Source of the DNA: Bacillota bacterium
Lineage (GTDB): Bacteria; Bacillota_I; Bacilli_A; RF39; UBA660
DNA length: 64,000 bases
NCBI GenBank assembly: GCA_015059195.1
Contig: SVAW01000002.1
Coordinates: 31,304 to 95,303 of the forward strand
Direction of reading: 5' to 3'
Made by a program: the position numbers and the translations under genes. Position 1 is the stretch's first letter, and every line of letters starts with the position of its first letter. Below are positions 39,681 through 49,165 of the stretch, in pieces. The notes under the pieces are model-generated. The model had not been told where the DNA came from. It worked only from the letters and a program-made list of their open reading frames with translations, and ran no database searches.

Positions 39681-41874
39681 CACTAAAGAAATCATCAAAA
39701 AATTGGTCATCAGTAATAAACTTAGTTGATTCTGTTGAAGTATTATCGGTCGTTTGGACTTCTTTAACGTCGTTAGCAGGTAATTCTTCACTTGGTACAT
39801 CAATGCTTTCTTTGTTAACCAAAGCCTTCTCTATTATTGGCTGTTGAGGAATATTTGGAATAAAGTTCGTTTGGGAAACTTCACTTTCAATATTCTTATT
39901 TTCAATTTTTTCATTAACTGTTGGTTGAACAACAACTTCTGGAGTAGATTGTGAAACAGTTTTCTTTTCTTCTTGTTCCCTCTCTAATCTTTCCTCTTCC
40001 TCTAATTCTGCGATTTTAGCATCTATTCGTTTAACTAAATCATCAACATTAAATCCGCTAGTTGATGGATTCTGTTCCTTATTCCCAAACATAGGTGGAA
40101 TGATAGGCATAGAACTATCTTGGGTAGGACTACCACCTAACATTGCATTAATCTTTTCCTCTTTTTTAGCTTCAACAAACGATTTTAAATTAAACACATT
40201 TACAGGCATCTTATCACGATTCGGATAGTCTGCTTTAGGATAATCTTTTTCCCAACAATTATTTTTCATCATCTGCCAGTTTGGAGTTAATTTGGTTTTA
40301 AATGGCATCATTCTAATACGAATCAATATCATTGTCCATTTAGGAAGTCTTTGTAAATCACTTACTGTTACAAGTGGGGTCGATGCAGTTTTATCCTTTT
40401 CTTTAGATTTAACTTCTCCACACATTTTACTAATTTCTTCCAATGCGTTTAACTCACTACTAATTAAGTAAACAATATTACCACAGTTTCCCTTAATAGT
40501 TTCACCATTTTCTTTACCATAAACCTCATATAATTGAGCAAAGTTTTGAATGATGAAACTAAATCTCATAGCACGAGAACGAGCTGCAGTTACCATTGTC
40601 GTTACATCTTTTAATGGTGGCATGTTGGCAAACTCATCCAAAATGAAATTTGTTCTATATGGAAGTTTTCCGCCAGATTCCTGTGCCACTCTAATTAACG
40701 TCTCATAACATTGCTTCAAGAAAATTGTTACCAAAGAATGATATGTTTTCTTTTCATCTTGAACAACGATAAATACTGCTGTTTTTTGACGTCCAATATT
40801 ATCCATATCAAAATCACTATGTGAAAGCATTTCACTCATATTTTCACGTGAAGCGAATAATTTAATTTTTTGTTTAAATACTGATAAAATACTGCCCTTA
40901 GTATCACTAGGAGCCATTAATGTTGATGATGCATTAACATAAGCTGGACCGGCTGGATCTTTATAGCTAAAATATTCCTTTATATAAGTAGTACCTGCTA
41001 TTTTTTCTTCACCAACAGTAGTCATTAAATTAATACTGTTTAAGTTTATTTCTTCCTCTTTAGCATCCTCAAAAAGTCCTAGAGCCAATCCGGCAAAATA
41101 ATCTGCTGAAGTTTTTTCCCAGAATGGATCCTGATTTTTAGATGCTTCATCATACAGAATATTTAATGCTAAGTCATCTAATAACTCACAAGCTTTATCC
41201 TGATTTCCATTCTTATATAAATTATATGGTAAGGATAACGGATTCCAACAATTTCCTTGCTGAGGATCTCTAAAGTTAAGTAAGACTATATTATATCCTT
41301 TTTCCTTTAACTCTACTGCATTCTTTTCATATATTTCACCTTTAGGATCGGTAATAATCATGGACTCGCCTTTTTTAGCAAGAACTTTAACCATTGGTTG
41401 AACAATCATTTCGGTTTTACCAGAACCAGTAGAACCAATTATTAAATTATGATATTCACCGTCATCAACCCAAATTTCACTACCATTATTAATTAAAGGG
41501 ATTCCTGCAACATCACTTTTTAAATCCTTTGCATGAACAAGCTTTAACTCTTTTTTCATTTCTTTTTCTGTAGCCCAACGTGAATATCCTTTATCTTTTT
41601 TAGGATCAGTAGAAATACCAAATCCTTTTTCTCTATCAAAGAATAAAGAAGAAACACTCATGATAATAGCAACCAAAGCACCAATATATCCTATAATTGT
41701 TGCAAAAAGATACTTACTACTAAAAGCAGGTAGAGGATTTAACCCGACTAACACACCTTCTTGAGCAAAACTTCCTAAATTTATTACCGCAATTGCAACA
41801 AAATATAATAAGAATATACTAAACACGATAAACATTAATATATCTTTAGCATCTGCCCTAAATTTCAATTTCAT
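39670..41874 (-). CDS. Type IV coupling protein (VirD4/TraG family ATPase)
   Basis: Two N-terminal TM helices, Walker A LIIGSTGSGKTE, Walker B NFILDEFANMP and the conserved SFIIQNFAQL...YG block. About 170 aa of low-complexity acidic/polar sequence form the C-terminal tail. Confidence 0.85.
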   Translation of the reverse strand: MKLKFRADAKDILMFIVFSIFLLYFVAIAVINLGSFAQEGVLVGLNPLPAFSSKYLFATIIGYIGALVAIIMSVSSLFFDREKGFGISTDPKKDKGYSRWATEKEMKKELKLVHAKDLKSDVAGIPLINNGSEIWVDDGEYHNLIIGSTGSGKTEMIVQPMVKVLAKKGESMIITDPKGEIYEKNAVELKEKGYNIVLLNFRDPQQGNCWNPLSLPYNLYKNGNQDKACELLDDLALNILYDEASKNQDPFWEKTSADYFAGLALGLFEDAKEEEINLNSINLMTTVGEEKIAGTTYIKEYFSYKDPAGPAYVNASSTLMAPSDTKGSILSVFKQKIKLFASRENMSEMLSHSDFDMDNIGRQKTAVFIVVQDEKKTYHSLVTIFLKQCYETLIRVAQESGGKLPYRTNFILDEFANMPPLKDVTTMVTAARSRAMRFSFIIQNFAQLYEVYGKENGETIKGNCGNIVYLISSELNALEEISKMCGEVKSKEKDKTASTPLVTVSDLQRLPKWTMILIRIRMMPFKTKLTPNWQMMKNNCWEKDYPKADYPNRDKMPVNVFNLKSFVEAKKEEKINAMLGGSPTQDSSMPIIPPMFGNKEQNPSTSGFNVDDLVKRIDAKIAELEEEERLEREQEEKKTVSQSTPEVVVQPTVNEKIENKNIESEVSQTNFIPNIPQQPIIEKALVNKESIDVPSEELPANDVKEVQTTDNTSTESTKFITDDQFFDDFFSEDE

Positions 41875-41885
41875 CTTTATTCCAC

Positions 41886-42575
41886 CTAACTATTATTTTT
41901 CTTATTTTTATATACAAATATTCCTACAGCAATCAATCCTACAATTGCAACACCTAATAAAACACCGATTACTATAAGTAGGGTCATATGTGATTGAATG
42001 AAATTTCTTATAACTACATCCCATCTTATCTTATCACTATACGAAAAATAAACTTCTTCTTTAGTGTGCGCATCAAACTCCCATATATGTTGATTCTTAT
42101 TTACATTAATCATATCAGCGTTCGATGCTAAAATTTGATATTCTGAATTCAACCTAAAAGTAATCTTATCTAACGTTAACATACAACCTTCATCAAATTC
42201 ACCACATACAAATCTTGAATTATTATATCCTTTTAGCCTAACTGTAGTTACATTTCCTTTTTTATTAACTAAAACAGTATTATAAAGTGTTTTGATTATA
42301 TCACTTTGTGATATCCACATAGCGTCATTAAATTTATGTGCAATTTCTACAGTAGAACTAGTAACATCATATTCAACATTTTCTTGTTTTAATGATGGAA
42401 TATTCTTAATATTATCTTGTATTAAAGTATCTAAATTCCCTAATCCATCACTACGTCCATATTCAAAATATAATTTTTCTTCAAAAGAATCAACATAAAT
42501 ATCTAAATTATATGTTACACTGCTACAACCAGTTAAAATGAAGGCCATCATCAATATCCCTAATATTTTTTTCAT
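41886..42575 (-). CDS. Lipoprotein with an additional C-terminal TM anchor (T4SS accessory)
   Basis: Lipobox MKKILGILMMAFILTGC, the C-terminal TM segment LLIVIGVLLGVAIVGLIAVGIFVY, then basic residues. The ATG at 42575 follows GGAGG, 1 nt after the upstream stop. Confidence 0.6.
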   Translation of the reverse strand: MKKILGILMMAFILTGCSSVTYNLDIYVDSFEEKLYFEYGRSDGLGNLDTLIQDNIKNIPSLKQENVEYDVTSSTVEIAHKFNDAMWISQSDIIKTLYNTVLVNKKGNVTTVRLKGYNNSRFVCGEFDEGCMLTLDKITFRLNSEYQILASNADMINVNKNQHIWEFDAHTKEEVYFSYSDKIRWDVVIRNFIQSHMTLLIVIGVLLGVAIVGLIAVGIFVYKNKKNNS

Positions 42576-42576
42576 A

Positions 42577-44193
42577 TTAACAACTACCTCCATTTATTGC
42601 ACAAACTTCAATAAATTCCTGATTTGCTAAAATATCAATCCCATTAGCATAGTTATTAAGTGCTACCAACGGATTTATTACCTTGCCGTCTCCATTATGC
42701 ACTTCAAAGTGTAAATGTGGTCCTGTAGAACAACTATCCTCTGCAGTTGTCCCGCCAACATATCCAATAACCTGCCCCTTAGAAACATTAGTACCTACAG
42801 GCAAAGTAGATAATAAGTTGTTAGATCTTCTATTTAAATGCACATATCTAGTATAATATACCGCACCAGAAGCTGTTGTGTGTTTTAGTTTAATTATACT
42901 GCTACCACACGTTACCGTCGTAGCAGTAGTAACAGCTTCTACCACACCATCTTCAAAAGCAAGAATTTGCGTATCATATCCGGCACCACCAATATCTACA
43001 CCTTTATGCGCTTGATACACTTTTTTTGTTGGATGGCAACGACAATTTGCAGGTTGGGAAGTCACTCTTAAATTTAAACCATCAGGAAGCATAGTAAATA
43101 GGCCATCTGTATTTTCCACTATAGTGAGTGTACCATTATTTAATATTCCACCCATTTTTAATATCTCATTAGCAATTTCAGCTTTAGTTCTAACTCCTTC
43201 GCGGGCAGCATCAGGATAATTATTTCCTATATAATTATTTATTAAATACTCACGATACTTAATAGCACTGCTAGAACATTCAGAGACTTCTACAAAGCCA
43301 CTTTCATCAACTGTGTCTTCATCTGTTATTTCTTCTCCTTTTAAGTATACTTTTATCAAACCATTAATTTTGGAAGTGGCATTACCACCTCTACCATCTA
43401 CATTCAAATAGTCAAAATAAGACTTATTTATATTATCTTCATCTGTTCCAGAATCATTATCTTCTTTTACCATCTGACCATAAAAAATGGTTGCAGTTAT
43501 CAAATCCTCATTAATCTTACAACTTCCTTGATAATTTGCAATGGCCTTGTTAAGTTCCTCATAATATCTTGACTGCTCATTCTGTTGACATTCCGAGGCC
43601 ACACACCAACCATCCCCACTAAACCAATTGCCAAGTTTTTCAAAGAAAGCACCTATACCATTTAGTAAATCACCAATCCATGCAATTGGTGCCAAAATTA
43701 AAGTTAATGTAGCTGCTATTATAAACAACGTCAACAGAGCCGACGCAACCGTTGTAATGAGTATAAATATTAGCTGAAGCTTGATTTGCTTAAATCCTTT
43801 TTCTACCAGTGCCTGCCCTGCATCACTATCCATGAATTTATCAATGATTTTATCTCTAATTCCCTTGGGAATCCATTTAGTATATGGTACTACTCCGGCA
43901 GCCTGTTTTAAAGCCTCCTTAGCTACCTCAGTACCCATACCTTGGACATTGGGTAGTCCTGTAGATGTTTTTCCTTTATTTTCCTGACCTGCGCCTTTTT
44001 TCTTCTTATTAGCTCCTTTATCAGAGCCATCACCAGACGCTCCCTTACCTTGTTGTTTTCCTTGATGTTGAGCGTTCTGGTTAGCCTTATTTTGTTTAAT
44101 TTTGTCAGAAAGTTTTTCGCCATTTGGTAATGTTGCTTTACTCGCATTACCTTTTACCTGAGGTGCTTTTTTCATTAAATCTTTGCCTTTCAA
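42577..44193 (-). CDS. Membrane-anchored M23 peptidoglycan endopeptidase (T4SS wall hydrolase, VirB1/PrgK/TcpG functional analog)
   Basis: The C-terminal M23 motifs are HKGVDIGG (HxxxD) and GPHLHFEVH (HxH). The N-terminal 125 aa or so are K/G/Q/N-rich, followed by hydrophobic helices. A TTG start at 44193 lies 6 nt after AGGTGGTGA. Confidence 0.8.
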   Translation of the reverse strand: MKGKDLMKKAPQVKGNASKATLPNGEKLSDKIKQNKANQNAQHQGKQQGKGASGDGSDKGANKKKKGAGQENKGKTSTGLPNVQGMGTEVAKEALKQAAGVVPYTKWIPKGIRDKIIDKFMDSDAGQALVEKGFKQIKLQLIFILITTVASALLTLFIIAATLTLILAPIAWIGDLLNGIGAFFEKLGNWFSGDGWCVASECQQNEQSRYYEELNKAIANYQGSCKINEDLITATIFYGQMVKEDNDSGTDEDNINKSYFDYLNVDGRGGNATSKINGLIKVYLKGEEITDEDTVDESGFVEVSECSSSAIKYREYLINNYIGNNYPDAAREGVRTKAEIANEILKMGGILNNGTLTIVENTDGLFTMLPDGLNLRVTSQPANCRCHPTKKVYQAHKGVDIGGAGYDTQILAFEDGVVEAVTTATTVTCGSSIIKLKHTTASGAVYYTRYVHLNRRSNNLLSTLPVGTNVSKGQVIGYVGGTTAEDSCSTGPHLHFEVHNGDGKVINPLVALNNYANGIDILANQEFIEVCAINGGSC

Positions 44194-44218
44194 ACAACAT
44201 CACCACCTAATTACTTAA

Positions 44219-46003
44219 CTACAATCCTCCACCACTACCGAAGGAATCTAATTCTTGCTCAGTCGCAATTATATTAATTTGCATTCTACGACTACCGCAC
44301 ACAAATAGTGCTTCTCCTTGATTAAATTTCTTAATCGCTTCTTTTTCATTATCATTTAAATCAATTAACTTAGCTAAATCTTCAACAGCTTGTTTTTTTA
44401 GCCCCATTGCTAAATAATATGAAGCATTGTCAAAAATAGCTTTACCTTGAGTGATAACCCCTGGATCACTAAAGTCGCTTGGTTGTTGAGTAATAATAAT
44501 TGTACCTGTATTATACTTACGAGCACGTCTTTGTACTTGTGCTAAAAAGTCTGCTCCTAAAGTATTATTTCCACTCAATAACACGTGTGCTTCATCAACC
44601 ATTAAAATAGTATTAATTTCTCTATTTAAAGTTAACCCCCATGCATACTTCAAAACGTTAAAGAATAAAGCATTTCTAATATTAGTATCTGCATTCATAA
44701 GCTCACGGATATTAAATACTATAAAATCACTTTTTGGAGATATTGTAGTATGACCGTCAAAATAATATTTTAACTCTTTAATAATCGGTCTAACTTTTAG
44801 TTCTAACATTTCTAGCACATCACGTTCATGTGTTTTTTCTGTCATCGATAATAACTTACCTCTGATAGTCGCATAAACATCTTTAAATGTTGGATAATCT
44901 TCTGATTTAAACTGTGTAAAATCAGAAGTAAAATCAATCCCAAAACGTTTATAAGTGTCTTGTAAAATTTCACTAAACATGTTAATAACATCTTCTGTCA
45001 CACTAGGATCATAATACTTTAAGAACGCTTTAACAGTTTGAATAGTACGTGTTAAAACAGTATATCCTAGTCCTTGCGCCATTTCTTCTTCATCTGCATC
45101 TACAACTACCTCAAGTGGATTTATCATACCAAATTCTCCACCTTTACCTAGGTCAATGAAATCTCCACCATACATTCTGGTCATATCTTCAAACTCACCC
45201 TCTGGGTCAATGATAACAATTTGATTATCATTACGAATATGAGTTCTAACCATTAATTTTGCAGCAGTAGATTTTCCACTTCCAGAAGTACCCAATATAA
45301 TTAGGTTCGCATTGTTTCTGTTATGTTCTTTTTTAATTTGATACAAAAACTGGTTAAATAAGATTACTCCCCCAGAGAAATCTACCCCTAAAAGTGTTGA
45401 TAACCCTGGGTCCTTTATGCTATCAAAAATGAATGGATACATAGCAGCGATAGTTGGAGCAGGGATTGGAGTTCCAATCCTATTTTCTATATCTTGTTTA
45501 CCATAAATTGGTAAAATTGATTTTAATACTTGTTCTTGTTCAAATCTTAATGGGAATGCGCGCATTTCCATTGCTTCCAAATAATTTTTAACCTGTAATT
45601 TTTTGTTAACCAATTCTTCTTCAGAATCTGCAGTCACCATTATGTGCATTTGGAAATCATATATTTTAGACTGAGTCGCTGCCAACTGAGAAATAAAATA
45701 TTCTAAAGACTCGTAGTCTTGACGAATTCTTTCTTGAATTGTCTTATCATTTTCTTGTTGATACCTTGATTTTAAATCAGCAATTTCTTTGTTTAACATT
45801 TTAGTAATTACACTAAAAGGCAGAGGTATATGTTTAATAACTACCTTAACCCCTGACATACTTGTTAGTGAAGACAAATATCCTGGACCAATAAATTTTG
45901 GATATGATACAACTGTTAATATCGTTGCATACTTATCGCTAATAACAAAATCACTTGCTCTAAATTGTAAGCCCTTAGGCGCCACTTGAGCTCTAACATC
46001 CAT
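44219..46003 (-). CDS. VirB4-family T4SS ATPase, C-terminal (motor) part
   Basis: Walker A ILGTSGSGKST, Walker B ILMVDEAH and IIITQQPSDF. The ORF starts with the mid-VirB4 segment ...KYATILTVVSYPKFIGPGYLSSL. Confidence 0.88.
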   Translation of the reverse strand: MDVRAQVAPKGLQFRASDFVISDKYATILTVVSYPKFIGPGYLSSLTSMSGVKVVIKHIPLPFSVITKMLNKEIADLKSRYQQENDKTIQERIRQDYESLEYFISQLAATQSKIYDFQMHIMVTADSEEELVNKKLQVKNYLEAMEMRAFPLRFEQEQVLKSILPIYGKQDIENRIGTPIPAPTIAAMYPFIFDSIKDPGLSTLLGVDFSGGVILFNQFLYQIKKEHNRNNANLIILGTSGSGKSTAAKLMVRTHIRNDNQIVIIDPEGEFEDMTRMYGGDFIDLGKGGEFGMINPLEVVVDADEEEMAQGLGYTVLTRTIQTVKAFLKYYDPSVTEDVINMFSEILQDTYKRFGIDFTSDFTQFKSEDYPTFKDVYATIRGKLLSMTEKTHERDVLEMLELKVRPIIKELKYYFDGHTTISPKSDFIVFNIRELMNADTNIRNALFFNVLKYAWGLTLNREINTILMVDEAHVLLSGNNTLGADFLAQVQRRARKYNTGTIIITQQPSDFSDPGVITQGKAIFDNASYYLAMGLKKQAVEDLAKLIDLNDNEKEAIKKFNQGEALFVCGSRRMQINIIATEQELDSFGSGGGL

Positions 46004-46554
46004 TAACTCATCACCGTCCCAAAATTAGTAGTTTGTCCACCATTTAAGAAATTATCTAGTATAATCCTTAAATCGTCATTAGTAGTTTGCCTGCAAGTTA
46101 GTCCTGCACTTGCAAAAGCATTTATTAAAGCGCGAATTCTTTTTTGAATTAATTCAGAATCCTTTTCTTTAAATAATAGATAATACTCTGTATCAACTAC
46201 GTTATTACTCATAAACATATTTGCCTTATTAATATCGTCAACTATTAATTTACGACGTGCATTATCTTGAACATTGTTATACAAAAGTTGAAGTTGAGAT
46301 AAATAAACATTGATGTCCACTGGTCTATCTGCTGCAATCACCCAAAATTCGTAATCTATAGTATTATAAACATTCTTCAAATTATTTATAATGCTATCTT
46401 GCATATCCTGTTCAAGGATGAAAATATTTCGAGGCATTATCTTTACCCCAGTAACTTTTACATTATCATTAAGAATTATTACTCCATTAGTAATACTTTT
46501 AATCGGAACATTATCAACAGTATATCTACTAGTTGCCGTCTTTTTCTTCGCCAT
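46003..46554 (-). CDS. VirB4-family N-terminal domain encoded as a separate ORF
   Basis: TSRYTVDNVPIKSITNGVIILNDNVKVTGVKIMPRNIFILEQDMQDSIINNL follows the pattern of the N-terminus of Gram-positive VirB4 proteins (Tn916 Orf16/ConE/TcpF type). Its stop overlaps the next start (TAATG). Confidence 0.6.
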   Translation of the reverse strand: MAKKKTATSRYTVDNVPIKSITNGVIILNDNVKVTGVKIMPRNIFILEQDMQDSIINNLKNVYNTIDYEFWVIAADRPVDINVYLSQLQLLYNNVQDNARRKLIVDDINKANMFMSNNVVDTEYYLLFKEKDSELIQKRIRALINAFASAGLTCRQTTNDDLRIILDNFLNGGQTTNFGTVMS

Positions 46555-46849
46555 TACTAAAACACCAACCTTTCCAATAATAAATTCTTCTTTCTGTATA
46601 AAATCTCCACACCGACATTATTACAGTTCTTACATTATGATAATTAGGAATCGGGAATACAAGAAATCCCGCAATTAGTGCTGGTATTAGCGCGATTACC
46701 GCATACAGCAATTGCTCAATCGGAAGAAGAGGAAGCAACAATAACGTTAATCCCACTCCTGCTCCGAACAAGCCCAAATCAAATGGCCTGAACAGCCCAA
46801 AAATCAACATTGACTTTTTTGAATTTGCCGGTATTAAAAATTGATTCAT
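46529..46849 (-). CDS. VirB3/PrgI/TcpE-like small membrane protein
   Basis: 106 aa with two TM helices and the N-terminal segment FLIPANSKKSMLIFGLF. It lies immediately upstream of VirB4, as VirB3 analogs do. Confidence 0.6.
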   Translation of the reverse strand: MNQFLIPANSKKSMLIFGLFRPFDLGLFGAGVGLTLLLLPLLPIEQLLYAVIALIPALIAGFLVFPIPNYHNVRTVIMSVWRFYTERRIYYWKGWCFSNGEEKDGN

Positions 46850-46868
46850 CTAGTATCACACCCTTTTA

Positions 46869-48689
46869 TTATTTTTTATTCTTGCTTTGTTCATTACTCA
46901 ATGTTGTAATTTGTTTTTGAATGCTGTGAATTTGTTTTCCTACGCTATTACGTTGATCAACCATATCAATATACTGTTGTTGATCACTAGTTAATGTAGT
47001 AGCTTGAACTCCAGCAGAATCATAGTACGTTTTAACCCCAGTAGTTTTATCTGTTTGTACAGTATATGAAGAAAATTTCATTTCATCAGATGGCGCTATA
47101 CCATGGTTCGTTGCAAAACTATGCATTTGCTCGCCCAAAGACGTTTCCATCAATTGTAAGTTCTTAGATTGATTTTGTAAGGCTATTATTCTTGGCTTGG
47201 TGCTTTGATCTACTCCAGCCCATGCTCTAACTCTATCTAAAGTTCGATCGCCAAGTCCATAACCAACATCTTGTCTTTCGTCACGTACATCACGTTTATC
47301 TACAGCGCCTTTAATTCCAGAACCTGCAGCTTTAAACATATTTTTGTCCTTAGACATTGCACCCCTACCGGCAGCGCTCATTCCTCCAGCTAAACCTGAA
47401 AAAAGATTTCCGGTAGCTCGTGTAAATCCTTTAAATCCTTTTTGCCCATCCGTTAAAGACTTGAATGCTCCTGGTCCTCCGGCTCCCTTTCTGCCTTTCC
47501 ACATTTTATTTCCTAAAGCCCATGTGTTAGCAGCCATACCACCAGCAAAACCTAATGCTCCAGCCCCGGCAGCTTTAGCAAGTCCCATGCCAGGCATAGA
47601 ACCTAGTCTTTTCTTCAGACTAAATCCATCGCCAGATAATTTAACCCCAAGTATATTTTCAATAAACTGTGGTAATTGTTTTGCAAACATTAATGAACCA
47701 ATTATAATAAATAATTGTACAAAGAAGCCCGCTCTAGTTGTTGATATTGTTCCATCAGAGCTATAATAAGTCAGCATATGAAATTCATTGTTTGGATCTA
47801 ATATCAACCTAATAACTTCTGTGGCAAAAAAAACCCCAGCTAAACGTATAAATAACCCGGCAAATTCCTTGCCGCAATTAGTTGCCCATTTTTTTAACTT
47901 TTCATTTCCTGTTGTAGGATCAATCATGGATAAAATAGGAATAGGAGCAATGATTTGTAACACCCCTAACTTGATTGCACGAGTCGCCGCGTCTAAACAG
48001 AAAACTAAAAAGAAATAAGCAACCACTCCACCACATATAGTAGACAATAAAAATTTATACTCATTTTCAAATCCATGTGTTCCACTACCATCTCTAGTAA
48101 CAGTACTTACGGCCACATAACATTCTGCTGTTGTACACTCCCCCTCATCGCCTATAGGCGGTGACACACTCGTAGTACTTGCGCCGACTGCTCCAGCATC
48201 TTTATATATAAACGATTGGAAGACTCCTTTAGCAATTTCATCCGCTAAATATTTAGCATTATCTTCTAATGCTAATGCTCCTGAACCTCCAGAGCTTGTC
48301 ACCGTGTTGCCAGTTATAATTTGATATATTGCGTTTTCATTTAATATCATATACTGCAATCTAAACGCTTCCCTAAAAATTGAAGGTACAGTAACTATCA
48401 AAATTAATGAAATAACTACGTTAGTGATAAGTTTGCCAAATCCTTTACTTTTATCTGTCATAGCATCAGGATTTATGATATACGTAATCATAGACATAGA
48501 CAGTTTAAATATCATAAAAATACCAAGGAAAACATAAATTCTTCCAAGTATCGCATATATAAGATCCCCAAAAACATTGGTATTAGCTATTTGGATTAAT
48601 AAAACATATAAGTTTTTTATAAGCCAAACCACTATACTATCTATCAGAGCAAACAAAGCTCTAATTATCGTTAAAAACAAATTAATCAT
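46869..48689 (-). CDS. VirB6/TrbL-like polytopic channel protein with Gly-rich and Gln-rich C-terminal region
   Basis: About 7-8 TM helices, a Cys-pair loop (ECTTAEC), Gly-rich GSMPGMGLAKAAGAGALGFAGGMAA and a soluble tail of about 170 aa. Its position between the VirB2-like and VirB3/VirB4-like genes fits the call. Confidence 0.6.
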   Translation of the reverse strand: MINLFLTIIRALFALIDSIVVWLIKNLYVLLIQIANTNVFGDLIYAILGRIYVFLGIFMIFKLSMSMITYIINPDAMTDKSKGFGKLITNVVISLILIVTVPSIFREAFRLQYMILNENAIYQIITGNTVTSSGGSGALALEDNAKYLADEIAKGVFQSFIYKDAGAVGASTTSVSPPIGDEGECTTAECYVAVSTVTRDGSGTHGFENEYKFLLSTICGGVVAYFFLVFCLDAATRAIKLGVLQIIAPIPILSMIDPTTGNEKLKKWATNCGKEFAGLFIRLAGVFFATEVIRLILDPNNEFHMLTYYSSDGTISTTRAGFFVQLFIIIGSLMFAKQLPQFIENILGVKLSGDGFSLKKRLGSMPGMGLAKAAGAGALGFAGGMAANTWALGNKMWKGRKGAGGPGAFKSLTDGQKGFKGFTRATGNLFSGLAGGMSAAGRGAMSKDKNMFKAAGSGIKGAVDKRDVRDERQDVGYGLGDRTLDRVRAWAGVDQSTKPRIIALQNQSKNLQLMETSLGEQMHSFATNHGIAPSDEMKFSSYTVQTDKTTGVKTYYDSAGVQATTLTSDQQQYIDMVDQRNSVGKQIHSIQKQITTLSNEQSKNKK

Positions 48690-48797
48690 TATTACAGCAC
48701 CCTTTCAAAATGTATTCATTACTTTCCTATATACAGTATATCACAATAAAAAAAAATAATAAATACAAATATTTACTATTTTTTATTTTATATCTTT

Positions 48798-49151
48798 TTA
48801 TGATATATAAGGTGTACAAGAAGAAGTACCATTTATAAAACAGTTTACACAATTCCATATTGTTGTATCTTCATCAGGAGCAACAACATTAAATAATACT
48901 TCTACAATAATGAACACAAAGAACACAATTGCAGCCGATAACAATCTTTTTATAAAAAGTGTTTGTGACTTTTTAATTTCATCTTCTTTTTGTGCTATAA
49001 CAGCCTTCCCAAAATCTAACATACCAAATATAATCAATAATACTGGTACACCAATTTTTAATAAATCTACAATAGTACTTGTTAATTGTGGTATAATTCC
49101 AGCCATTTTAGGAATAATACTTCCACATTTATAATACGTTGTTAATAACAT
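48798..49151 (-). CDS. VirB2/TrbC-like two-helix pilin-like protein, copy B
   Basis: 117 aa reading ...KCGSIIP...LLKIGVPVLLIIFGMLDFGKAVIAQKEDEIKKSQTLFIKRLLSAAIVFFVFIIVE...WNCVNCFINGTSSC. The layout is two TM helices, a charged loop and a Cys tail. The RBS is AAGGAG. Confidence 0.6.
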   Translation of the reverse strand: MLLTTYYKCGSIIPKMAGIIPQLTSTIVDLLKIGVPVLLIIFGMLDFGKAVIAQKEDEIKKSQTLFIKRLLSAAIVFFVFIIVEVLFNVVAPDEDTTIWNCVNCFINGTSSCTPYIS

Positions 49152-49165
49152 AACCTCACTCCTTC

